A program made the position numbers and the translations under genes. The notes under the pieces were generated by a model. That model was not told where the DNA came from and ran no database searches. It saw only the letters and a list, made by a program, of their open reading frames with translations. A stretch of 38,107 bases of DNA from Nitrospiraceae bacterium (GTDB taxonomy: Bacteria > Nitrospirota > Nitrospiria > Nitrospirales > Nitrospiraceae): NCBI GenBank assembly GCA_037442105.1, contig JBBIQV010000032.1, forward strand, positions 1-38,107, written 5' to 3'. This document shows, in pieces, positions 16,390 to 25,019 of this stretch (position 1 is the first letter of the stretch; the number at the start of each line of letters is the position of its first letter).

Positions 16390-17649
16390 ATGCGTCGTCG
16401 ATTGGTGCTTGTGGTCCTTCTGTTCGCACCTCTCGCCGTTCGTCTACCCGTCTACTCATCATTTGCGCAGACGCCTGAAAACCAGACCCCGTCCGCGCTG
16501 ACCGAGACTCTCCCACCGCCTTCTGCGCCAGCTCAGGTTCCTCTTCAAGACGAGCACCTTTTCCCTGAATTGTCGGCGCATGAGCGGGAGGATGCAGTCA
16601 TGGCGCTCGGCGAACTGCGCGGCACCGTCCGCAGATTTCCGCAGAGCGCGGACGACCGGCTCAAGCTGGCTCAAGGACTCTACCGCATCGGCGATCTCGA
16701 TGCCGCCGTCGACGAATGCCGCGCCACGCTCCGACTCATGCCGGATTACGCGAAAGCACACCTTCAACTCGGCGTGGTCTTGATGGCGAAACAGGAATGG
16801 CGCGCGGCACTGAAGGAACTGAAAGAAGCAACCCGGCTCGATCCCGAACTGACCCAGGCTCATTACAGCCTCGGCACGGTATATTACACAACCGGTAATC
16901 TGAAAGCGGCCGTTCAGTCTTATCGTCAAGCGCTCGAGTTACAGCCGCACTTCCCCGATGCCCGGTATCGCTTGGCCCTGGTGTTGAAATTGACCGACCG
17001 TGCTCAGGAAGCGGCCCACCTGATGGAAGAGGCGGCACAGGGCGGCATTCCCCAGGCGCAGTATTTCTTGGGCCATGCGTATCGCACCGGACAAGGAGTC
17101 GAGAAGAACCTGGCTCTTTCGATCCATTGGTGGGCGAAAGCCGCCGAGTTCGGGCACCAGCAAGCCGCCGAATCCTTGTCGCAACTGCGCCGCCAGACCT
17201 TGTCGAACGACCGGTCCGATCGACGACGACGTGAAGCGATCGAGGCTTTTCGCCAATACCGCGACGGCCTCTGGAAGGGCTTCCCCGACATCACTCCCAA
17301 CGGAGACGGCGAGACACTGGGAACCGCACTGCTAAGACTGGACCGTGAAGACTATGCGCTCTCAGTGCTCTTGCAGGAAGCCTACGCGTTGAGTGATGTG
17401 GCTCACGCTGAACTTGTTCGGCTCTATCAGGACGGATGGGAGAACCATCTGGCTCCTTTTGACAAAACGATTCTCACCTTTTTTGAGGTCACTGCAGGCG
17501 AGGGATTTATCCCCTCCAAGAAGGCACTGGCAAGCATCTATGGCCAAGGCCTTGGCGTGACACCCGATCTGAAAAAAGCCAACGCGCTCCTCAAGGGCTT
17601 GCCGAAGCAGGAGATGAAAGCGGTTCTCGATGACGTTGCGGGGCACTAA
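16390..17649 (+). CDS. Exported TPR and Sel1-like repeat protein
   Basis: Signal peptide; TPR repeats (AHLQLGVVL, AHYSLGTVY, ARYRLALVL) and Sel1 repeats (AQYFLGHAYRTGQGVEKN, LASIYGQGLGVTPD). Confidence 0.85.
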   Translation: MRRRLVLVVLLFAPLAVRLPVYSSFAQTPENQTPSALTETLPPPSAPAQVPLQDEHLFPELSAHEREDAVMALGELRGTVRRFPQSADDRLKLAQGLYRIGDLDAAVDECRATLRLMPDYAKAHLQLGVVLMAKQEWRAALKELKEATRLDPELTQAHYSLGTVYYTTGNLKAAVQSYRQALELQPHFPDARYRLALVLKLTDRAQEAAHLMEEAAQGGIPQAQYFLGHAYRTGQGVEKNLALSIHWWAKAAEFGHQQAAESLSQLRRQTLSNDRSDRRRREAIEAFRQYRDGLWKGFPDITPNGDGETLGTALLRLDREDYALSVLLQEAYALSDVAHAELVRLYQDGWENHLAPFDKTILTFFEVTAGEGFIPSKKALASIYGQGLGVTPDLKKANALLKGLPKQEMKAVLDDVAGH

Positions 17650-17658
17650 GGATTAGCC

Positions 17659-20349
17659 ATGCTCGGCGCTTCACCTCTCTGGCGACAGTTTTTGAACACC
17701 CCCTGGCTCCAAGCCATTGCAATGGGGCTCCTTGCGGCGATCCTGGCTTTCGTTTTGTGGACGGCCGCTCCCGCCACGTTCACCGCGCTGGACTGGACGG
17801 CCTACGACCTCTGGCTGCGCCATCGAACGCCTATTCCCGTGAGTCCTTCTCTCGTTATCGTGACTCGTGATCCGGCCAGTGAAGAAGAGTTCGGCACCGG
17901 TCCTTGGGATCGAGCCATACCGGCACGACTGATTACAGCGGCTCATGAGGCGGGAGCTTCGACGATCGGGATAGACCATCGGCTCGATCAGGCTAGCCCG
18001 GCTCAGTTGGGCGGGGCCGCGAGCGACGCGCTGCTGCTCGAAGCGATGAAGACTGCCGGCCCGGTCGTCGTGGTGCAGAGTTCCGAGTCGCCTCTCGCCC
18101 CGGATTCGGCCATCTTCGGACACCTGCTCGTCTCAACCGATCCCGATCATGTGGCGCGAACCGTGCCTTCGATGACGACAGTGAACTCCCGATTCGTTCC
18201 GGCTTTTGGCACCTCATTGTTTGGCTTGTTTCAAAAACAGACCGCGCCGGCAGCCCGGCCTTTTTCTGCAGAGGGGGAGACGGCTCTTCTGGTCAACTAC
18301 GTCGGCAATGGAGTGTTGAGCGCCTTCCCAACAATCCCTGTTTCTGCCGTCTGGGATGCAATCGGACATCACGACAGCAACCGGCTTTCGGAATGGTTCA
18401 CAGGAAAGATCGTCGTGTTTCTGCCAAGCCTGGCCACCGAGGAAAGCCGGCTCTTGCCAACGGGCCAAACTGTCAGCACTTCCGTTGTTCATGTGCATCT
18501 GCTGAACATGCTGCTGACCGACGCCGGAATCTTCAGGCTCGGCACGACCGGCCGCTACACCGTGACGCTCCTCCTGGCGGCGGTCATAGCTTGGTTCCTC
18601 CTTCAATTTCGAGGAACGATCAGCCTGTTACTGGCCGGGACGACCATTGCCATCTACGGATCTCTCATGCTGATCGCCCTGGTCGCCGTCCATCTTGTGC
18701 TCCCCTTGGCGTTGCCGCTGACTGCCGCTGCGGTGGTACTCATCGGCACGACCATCTGGAGCAACCTGACCGCGCACCAACGACTGGTCCTCTTAGAGCA
18801 GGACATGCTCCGGCTTCAGCAGGAAGCAGCCGCCGTGCGCGAAGCCTTGGTCCTTCGTGAGACCCGCGCGGAGACGTTGCAAGAGGATCTTGCTGTCGCG
18901 CGAACCGCTGTCACGCAGTCCGCCGGGCAACAGGAAGAACTCACAAAAACGACTGAATTGTTGCGGTCTCAACTGGCTGAAGCCCAGACGCAGGAAGAAG
19001 AGGCGCGCAGGAAATTGGAGGGACTCGAACAGCAACTCCATAGCCTGCGTGCAGCCACGCGTGAGCCCGTGACAATGGACGATGTGGAACTCGATCGCCT
19101 CCGCGAGGAATGTCGCCAACTTGGCATCATCACCCAGGATGTCGGGCTCTTGCGCCTTTACCGCGATCTGAAGAAAGGCGCAAAGTCGTCCCTGACGGTC
19201 TTGCTGCTGGGCGAACCAGGCACGGGCAAAGAACTGTTCGCTCGCGCCGTTCACCGGCTCAGCCCACGGAACGGCAAGACGTTTATCGCCGTCAATATGG
19301 CCGCCATCTCGCCGGAGCTTTTTGAAAGCGAATTGTTCGGCCATACAAAAGGTAGCTTCACCGGGGCAATGGCAGAGCGAAGAGGCTATTTCGAGTTGGC
19401 CGATCACGGAACGATCTTTTTGGACGAGATCGGCGATCTGCGCCTGGATCACCAAAGCAAGCTGCTGCGCGTGCTGCAGGAGAAGTCGTTCTATCGCGTC
19501 GGTGCGACCATCCCGACCACAGTCGATGTGCGCATCGTGGCTGCGACGAATCGCGATCTGCAGCGAGGGGTTTCCGAGGGCTGGTTCCGTGAGGATCTCT
19601 ACTTCCGCCTCACCGGTCTCGTGTTCCGGCTTCCGCCGTTGCGAGAACGGACGGGCGACGCACCGATCCTCGCTGACATCTTCCTGACCGAGATCGCTAC
19701 CCAGATGGGGAAGCCGGTTCCGAAGCTGTCAAATGAGGCGCTTCGTGCCCTGATCGAACATGAATGGAAGGGCAACGTCCGGGATCTCCGCCACTGCCTT
19801 GAGCAAGCCGTGGCGCTCAGCGACCGCTCTCTGCTCACCACCGAGTCCTTGCGACTCGGCAGCGAACACGTTACGCTCTCCGCCGGTCGAGTCAAGCAGT
19901 CACAGATTCTTCCGGACCCGGCCAGCGATGCAGCGGTCTTACATTGCTTGCGCCGGCATAGCTTCGATATGCAGGCCACGGCGAAGACCTTGGGGTGGGA
20001 TCGCAGTACCGTGACACAACGATTGAAGGGCCTCTGCTTCCAAGCGCTTGTTGAATCAGGCGGCGACCAGGCCAACGCCGCAGCCGCCATTGCCGATGAC
20101 CCCAGGCACCTCCGAACCGTCGAACTGAAACTCATGGACTACCACAAGCACCTTCTGTCGATAATCGAACCGTTCGCCTCAGCCGACGAAGCCCTTCTCG
20201 ACTGCAAACGGCGGTTCAAGAATCTTCCAGACCGGCATTTTGCCTCAGTCGAGGTTCTAGTTCGGCAACACTTTCACCGGGACCCACCGGATTCAATCAA
20301 GCGGACGAAAGAGTTCCAACCTCTCCATCAAACATTGAATCGGAAGTAA
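17659..20349 (+). CDS. Membrane-anchored sigma54-dependent activator with extracytoplasmic CHASE2 domain
   Basis: N-terminal TM; CHASE2-like motifs (YD, GPWDR, AGASTIGID, DPDHVAR); 3 TM helices; coiled coil; AAA+ motifs GEPGTGKE, ESELFGH, GSFTGA, FLDEIGD and WKGNVRDL; Fis-like HTH (ATAKTLGWDRSTV). Confidence 0.85.
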   Translation: MLGASPLWRQFLNTPWLQAIAMGLLAAILAFVLWTAAPATFTALDWTAYDLWLRHRTPIPVSPSLVIVTRDPASEEEFGTGPWDRAIPARLITAAHEAGASTIGIDHRLDQASPAQLGGAASDALLLEAMKTAGPVVVVQSSESPLAPDSAIFGHLLVSTDPDHVARTVPSMTTVNSRFVPAFGTSLFGLFQKQTAPAARPFSAEGETALLVNYVGNGVLSAFPTIPVSAVWDAIGHHDSNRLSEWFTGKIVVFLPSLATEESRLLPTGQTVSTSVVHVHLLNMLLTDAGIFRLGTTGRYTVTLLLAAVIAWFLLQFRGTISLLLAGTTIAIYGSLMLIALVAVHLVLPLALPLTAAAVVLIGTTIWSNLTAHQRLVLLEQDMLRLQQEAAAVREALVLRETRAETLQEDLAVARTAVTQSAGQQEELTKTTELLRSQLAEAQTQEEEARRKLEGLEQQLHSLRAATREPVTMDDVELDRLREECRQLGIITQDVGLLRLYRDLKKGAKSSLTVLLLGEPGTGKELFARAVHRLSPRNGKTFIAVNMAAISPELFESELFGHTKGSFTGAMAERRGYFELADHGTIFLDEIGDLRLDHQSKLLRVLQEKSFYRVGATIPTTVDVRIVAATNRDLQRGVSEGWFREDLYFRLTGLVFRLPPLRERTGDAPILADIFLTEIATQMGKPVPKLSNEALRALIEHEWKGNVRDLRHCLEQAVALSDRSLLTTESLRLGSEHVTLSAGRVKQSQILPDPASDAAVLHCLRRHSFDMQATAKTLGWDRSTVTQRLKGLCFQALVESGGDQANAAAAIADDPRHLRTVELKLMDYHKHLLSIIEPFASADEALLDCKRRFKNLPDRHFASVEVLVRQHFHRDPPDSIKRTKEFQPLHQTLNRK

Positions 20350-21419
20350 ACGATGTCGCCTTCTTTAATGACATAGTCCTTGCCCTCGAGCCGGAACAAC
20401 CCCTTCTCCCGCACACGAGCCTCTGTGCCGCAAGCGATAAGATCATCATAGTGATAGACCTCGGCACGGATAAACCCGCGTTCCATGTCCGAGTGAATCT
20501 TGCCCGCCGCCTGAGGAGCGGTTAGTCCCTTCCGCAACGGCCATGCCCGCGATTCCGTCTCGCCGGCGGTAAAGAAGGTGATGAGGTTGAGAAGCGTATA
20601 GGCTTCGCGCGTGAGGCGAACGAGGCCGGATTCCGTCAGTCCCATTTCTTTCAGATAGTCGGCCCGCTCGGCTTCCGGCAGCGACGACAATTCCGCTTCA
20701 AGCTGGCCGCAGATGGTCACGACCCGCGCCCCTCGCTTTTCGGCAAACTCACGCACCGGCTTTACCAGCGCCTCATCTGCCTCGGCTCTTTCAGATACAT
20801 TGGCAATGAACAGGACCGGCTTGGCGGCTAGAAGCTGACACTCGTCAAGGACGATGCGCTCCTCCGGGGCGTACGACAGATTCCCCAGCCACTCACCCTT
20901 ATCGAGCCGGTCCATCAGCCGTTGCAAGAAGGCCACCTCCAGCGCTGCCTTCTTATCTCCGGTCTTCACTTTTTTCTCGACCCGCTGCCTCCGGCGATCA
21001 AGCGTCTCCAGATCGGCCAACATCAATTCCGTTTCGATGGTCCCGATATCGCGGATGGGATCCACATTCCCGCCGACATGCACCACGTCGGTCCCCTGAA
21101 AACACCGGACCACATGCATCAGTGTATCCACTTCCCTGATCTGTCCGAGGAACTGGTTGCCAAGCCCTTCGCCTTTACTCGCACCTTCGACGAGCCCAGC
21201 GATGTCGCGCACTTCGAGTGTGCTCGGTGTCATCTTCTTCGATGTGAAGATTTCAACGAGCTTGAACAAGCGCGGATCAGGAACCGGAGCAATTCCCACA
21301 TTGGTCTCGACCGTCGAGAAGGGATAATTCGCCGCCACCGCCCCTGCGCCGACCAATGCGTTGAAGACCGTCGTCTTCCCCACATTCGGCAACCCGATCA
21401 TTCCACAACACAGTCCCAT
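20328..21419 (-). CDS. ychF: Redox-regulated ATPase YchF (Obg family)
   Basis: GLPNVGKT, ANYPF, DIAGLV, GEGLGNQFL, ANVSE and C-terminal TGS domain ending FRFNV. Confidence 0.97.
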   Translation of the reverse strand: MGLCCGMIGLPNVGKTTVFNALVGAGAVAANYPFSTVETNVGIAPVPDPRLFKLVEIFTSKKMTPSTLEVRDIAGLVEGASKGEGLGNQFLGQIREVDTLMHVVRCFQGTDVVHVGGNVDPIRDIGTIETELMLADLETLDRRRQRVEKKVKTGDKKAALEVAFLQRLMDRLDKGEWLGNLSYAPEERIVLDECQLLAAKPVLFIANVSERAEADEALVKPVREFAEKRGARVVTICGQLEAELSSLPEAERADYLKEMGLTESGLVRLTREAYTLLNLITFFTAGETESRAWPLRKGLTAPQAAGKIHSDMERGFIRAEVYHYDDLIACGTEARVREKGLFRLEGKDYVIKEGDIVYFRFNV

Positions 21420-21471
21420 ATCTTCTTATTCCTCACTCCCTCTTCCTCAGTCGCAAGAATTTTCACCTTCC

Positions 21472-21571
21472 GGCGAGCAGCGGTCTAGCTGATCCTCACT
21501 GCGCGTGTCCACCGATCACCTTCCGAGGTGAGGGGTGCACGAGCACGGGATCAGCTAGACCGCTGCTCGCC
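21472..21571. repeat. 100-nt hairpin closed by a perfect 24 bp inverted repeat, overlapping the pth stop
   Basis: GGCGAGCAGCGGTCTAGCTGATCC (21472-21495) is the exact reverse complement of 21548-21571; inner stems include TCACCT-TCCG-AGGTGA. Confidence 0.85.
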
Positions 21572-22150
21572 ATCCTCTTCATCGGAACGCTCGCGCACGT
21601 TAAATTCGTTCATTGCAGCCGCCACGCCCCTCTCGATCACGCACTCCAACGCCTCAACCGCCCGGTCCACGCAAGGCTGCAACTGCTCTAACTCGTCCCG
21701 CGAAAACGGCGTCAGCACGTAATCCGCTGCGTCCTGCCCCGGCGCGGGACGGCCGATCCCGATTTTGAGCCGCGCGAACTGCCGCGTGCCGAGCGCCTCC
21801 AGAATCGAACGGAGGCCGTTATGGCCGCCATGCCCACCGGTTTGCTTGATCCGCAGGCGGCCAAGTTCCAGATCCAAATCGTCGTGGATGACGATGAGTT
21901 GTTCAGGCGAGAGCGCGAGCTCGTCGAGGAGAGCTTTCAGGGGAGAGCCCGTCACGTTCATCCAATCGAGCGTGCCGGCCAGTTCGACCGGTTCTGGTCC
22001 CACCCGCCCCGATCCGCGGATAGTGACCCCACGGCATGTCAGGCCGATGGACCACCGAGCAGCGGCCCGTTCGACAACCCGGCTCCCGATGTTGTGGCGA
22101 GTCGTGGCATAAGCGCCTCCGGGATTGCCGAGACCGACGATCAGACGCAA
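21551..22150 (-). CDS. pth: Peptidyl-tRNA hydrolase
   Basis: LIVGLGNPG, TRHNIG, HDDLDL, GGHNGLRS and IGIGRP motifs; TTG start. Confidence 0.96.
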   Translation of the reverse strand: MRLIVGLGNPGGAYATTRHNIGSRVVERAAARWSIGLTCRGVTIRGSGRVGPEPVELAGTLDWMNVTGSPLKALLDELALSPEQLIVIHDDLDLELGRLRIKQTGGHGGHNGLRSILEALGTRQFARLKIGIGRPAPGQDAADYVLTPFSRDELEQLQPCVDRAVEALECVIERGVAAAMNEFNVRERSDEEDGEQRSS

Positions 22151-22152
22151 CG

Positions 22153-22932
22153 TTACTTTTTCTTCTCCGCTTCCTTCTTCTCGGCCTTGGGAGCTTCCTT
22201 GACGGGGGCAGCTTCCTTCTTCTCGCCACCCTTGGCTTCCGCAGTCGGAGCCGCGGCGGCCCCTGCCGCCACGCTTTCCGCCGCCTCTTCCTTCCCCTTG
22301 CCGATGACTTCCGGTTCCGCCGCCGGTCCGGCCGCGCCGCTGGTCAATAGCGCTTCGAGCTTGGCCTCCGACATCGGCGCGGCGACGCTGACGACCATCT
22401 GGTCGGCATCATCCAAGTACCGAATCCCCTCGCGCTTGGAAATCTCGCGCAGGTGAAGGCCCTGGCCGATCGCCAACGATGAGGCGTCTACCTCGATAAA
22501 GTCCGGCAAGGCCGATGGCAGACACTCGATGTGCAGCTCGCGCAGGTTGTGGTGCAGCACGCCGCCTTCCTTGACGCCGGCCGGCACACCGCCGGTCAAA
22601 TGCACGGGCACTTTGACACGGATCGCCTTATCCATCGAGATTTCGAAGAGGTCGGCGTGGAGCAACTCGCCCGTAACCGGATCGACCTGATAATCGCGGA
22701 GTAGTGCCGTACGCTGGGACTTGGCTTCTGCGCCGTTCACGGTGAGCGAGAGCAAGGCAGTGGCGCTGGCGTGCGACCGCAAAATCTTAATCATATCGTC
22801 GGGGTCCACGGTCAGCAGCAGGCATTCGCCCTGCCCATACAGGACAGCCGGCACCTTGCCCTGCCTCCGCAATTGGCGCGCCATTCCCTTCCCTGCGCGC
22901 TCTCGCACATCCACCGCTAGATCGAATTTCAT
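22153..22932 (-). CDS. rplY: 50S ribosomal protein L25 (long Ctc/TL5 type)
   Basis: GKGMARQLRRQGKVPAVLYG, HADL and GVKEGG motifs; low-complexity Ala/Glu/Lys tail; RBS GAGGAGG before ATG 22932. Confidence 0.95.
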   Translation of the reverse strand: MKFDLAVDVRERAGKGMARQLRRQGKVPAVLYGQGECLLLTVDPDDMIKILRSHASATALLSLTVNGAEAKSQRTALLRDYQVDPVTGELLHADLFEISMDKAIRVKVPVHLTGGVPAGVKEGGVLHHNLRELHIECLPSALPDFIEVDASSLAIGQGLHLREISKREGIRYLDDADQMVVSVAAPMSEAKLEALLTSGAAGPAAEPEVIGKGKEEAAESVAAGAAAAPTAEAKGGEKKEAAPVKEAPKAEKKEAEKKK

Positions 22933-22967
22933 CGTCCTCCTCCTCGCTCCCTCGGTTTCCTTTTTTC

Positions 22968-23909
22968 TTAGGCAAACAACGAACTGACTGATTCGTCTTC
23001 GTGGATGCGCCGGATGGCCTCTCCCAGCAATGGCGCTACCGACAGCACCTGTAATTTCGGACAGGTCTGCTCTTTTCCCCGCAGCGGGATCGTGTTCGTC
23101 ACGATTACCTCCGCCAAACAGGACCGTTGCAGCCGCTCTAATGCCGGCCCCGACAACACCGGATGTGTGCAGCCCGCCCACACCTCCCGCGCCCCCTTGT
23201 CGAAGCAAGCCTGGGCCCCCTGCACGATCGTGCCGGCCGTGTCGATCATATCGTCGAACAGCAAGGCGCTCTTGCCTTCGACGTCGCCGATGATGTTCAT
23301 GATCTGCGCATGGTTCGGTCCTTCGCGCCGCTTGTCGATAATGGCTAGGTTGGCCTGCAACCGTTTCGCGAAGGCCCGCGCCCGTTCCACGCCTCCCGCA
23401 TCAGGCGATACGACCACGAGATCGGCGATCTTCCGCTTGGTGATATAGTCCAGCAGCACCGGCATCGCATATAAATGATCGACCGGAATGTTGAAGAACC
23501 CCTGGATCTGCCCCGCGTGCAGATCCATCGTAAGTGCCCGATCGGCACCGGCCGTGGTGATCAAATCGGCCACAAGCTTGGCAGTAATCGGCACCCGCGG
23601 CTGATCTTTGCGGTCTTGCCGGGCATACCCGAAATAAGGGATCACAGCAGTGATCCGGTTGGCCGAGGACCGTTTCAAAGCATCGATCATGATCAAGAGT
23701 TCCATGATCGAATCGTTGACGGGATGGCAGCAGGACTGCGCCACGAACACGTCCGCGCCACGAACATTCTCATCGATCTTGACGCGGATCTCTCCATCAC
23801 TGAAGGAAGCCACCGTTGCCGCACCTAACTTGGTCCCGAGGTAGCTGCAAATTTGGCTTGCCAGGGCAGGATTGGCCGTGCCGGAGAAGATCTTTAATTC
23901 CCTATTCAT
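22968..23909 (-). CDS. prs: Ribose-phosphate pyrophosphokinase
   Basis: [34 protein letters not shown] and DDMIDTAGT motifs. Confidence 0.97.
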   Translation of the reverse strand: MNRELKIFSGTANPALASQICSYLGTKLGAATVASFSDGEIRVKIDENVRGADVFVAQSCCHPVNDSIMELLIMIDALKRSSANRITAVIPYFGYARQDRKDQPRVPITAKLVADLITTAGADRALTMDLHAGQIQGFFNIPVDHLYAMPVLLDYITKRKIADLVVVSPDAGGVERARAFAKRLQANLAIIDKRREGPNHAQIMNIIGDVEGKSALLFDDMIDTAGTIVQGAQACFDKGAREVWAGCTHPVLSGPALERLQRSCLAEVIVTNTIPLRGKEQTCPKLQVLSVAPLLGEAIRRIHEDESVSSLFA

Positions 23910-24051
23910 GGATTCCTCGGACGTATGAGTGGGATTCCTGGAAACCCTGTAATCCCGAGCAGTTCGTATCTGGTGGGCACGAGCGGGACGCCACCCCTTC
24001 CCGCCACCCTCGCTCGCAATGCGACGAGGAGAAAACCAACCGAGAAGTGAT

Positions 24052-24081
24052 ACTGTATCGAAAATCTCGTCACTTTGTCAA
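24052..24081 (-). promoter_or_regulatory. Sigma70 promoter TTGACA-18 bp-TACAGT for prs-rplY-pth-ychF
   Basis: Perfect -35 at 24076-24081 and -10 at 24052-24057 on the minus strand. Confidence 0.6.
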
Positions 24082-24107
24082 TGCAAGACCGGTAAGAAAC
24101 GAACGCG

Positions 24108-25019
24108 CTACTGTGCGCACAGGGGCCCTGTCCCAGCTTTGACGGCATAGGCTCGGCAGCCCTGTTGGTGATCGAGCAGTACTTGGGCACGTGAGGCAGC
24201 GGCTGCCTGGCGGAACACCCCGAACAGAGTTGCCCCGCTGCCGGAGAGCATCGCGGTCTCGGCTCCATGCGAGACAAGTTGAGCTTTCAAGTCTCGGAGA
24301 AGCGGATGGCTGGCGAAGACCGGCTCTTCAAAATCGTTTTCGGCCAGTTCGTGCAGGCGTTCCCAGGACACGACGTCCTGCTGATTCAATTTGATCAAGG
24401 CATCAGACAGCGGACGGACGGACGCTCTCGTCTTCGCCAATTGCTGATAGGCCCACCGCGTTTCCACAGGAAACCCCGGATTGACCAGCACAATCCACCG
24501 TTCCCCTCTCATCCGTACGCTCCTGACGATTTCTCCGTGGCCGGACACGGTTGCAGTCGGCGCCGAGAAAAAAAACGGCACATCGCTCCCCAACAACTGT
24601 CCCACTTCAACCATTTGGGAAACCGACCACCCTAGACCGAGTAGCCGGTTGAGACCGAGGATCGTCGCAGCGGCATCGCTGCTACCCCCGCCTAACCCGG
24701 CGCCCAGTGGGATGCGCTTCATGAGCCGGATGTCGACCCCATCCCCAACGCCCATCCGTTCCCGTACCAAGGCCGCAGCCCGATAGACGAGATTGGTCTG
24801 ATCGCCCACCAAGACCGCATGCTCGCAATGGAGTCGAATCCCGGGAGCGGCCGTGCGGCGAATCGTCACCTCATCCTCCAATCCCACTGTTTGCATCAAG
24901 GACCAGATGTTGTGATACCCGTCCGGACGACGATCCAGCACGCGAAGGATCAGATTGACTTTGGCCGGAGCATGGACGCGAACTTCCGTGGCAGGTCCAG
25001 AATCACTTGCGGAAGGCAC
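24108..25019 (-). CDS. ispE: 4-diphosphocytidyl-2-C-methyl-D-erythritol kinase
   Basis: APAKVNL, DGYH, KRIPLGAGLGGGSSDAA, GSDVPFF and MLSGSG motifs. Confidence 0.96.
   Translation of the reverse strand: MPSASDSGPATEVRVHAPAKVNLILRVLDRRPDGYHNIWSLMQTVGLEDEVTIRRTAAPGIRLHCEHAVLVGDQTNLVYRAAALVRERMGVGDGVDIRLMKRIPLGAGLGGGSSDAAATILGLNRLLGLGWSVSQMVEVGQLLGSDVPFFFSAPTATVSGHGEIVRSVRMRGERWIVLVNPGFPVETRWAYQQLAKTRASVRPLSDALIKLNQQDVVSWERLHELAENDFEEPVFASHPLLRDLKAQLVSHGAETAMLSGSGATLFGVFRQAAAASRAQVLLDHQQGCRAYAVKAGTGPLCAQ

Noticed and set aside
19351..19368. GSFTGA instead of GAFTGA as a sign of an inactive activator
   Set aside because: GSFTGA is a known functional variant and also occurs in the PilR-like protein in this window
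22933..23208. Apparent 92 aa N-terminal extension of L25
   Set aside because: Overlaps prs; the strong RBS and family N-terminus point to ATG 22932. Similar over-extensions were trimmed for ftsZ, divIVA, yjbQ, pilS and pafA
23910..24107. Expected tRNA-Gln between ispE and prs
   Set aside because: No T-loop (GTTCGA), cloverleaf or acceptor stem with CCA found on either strand
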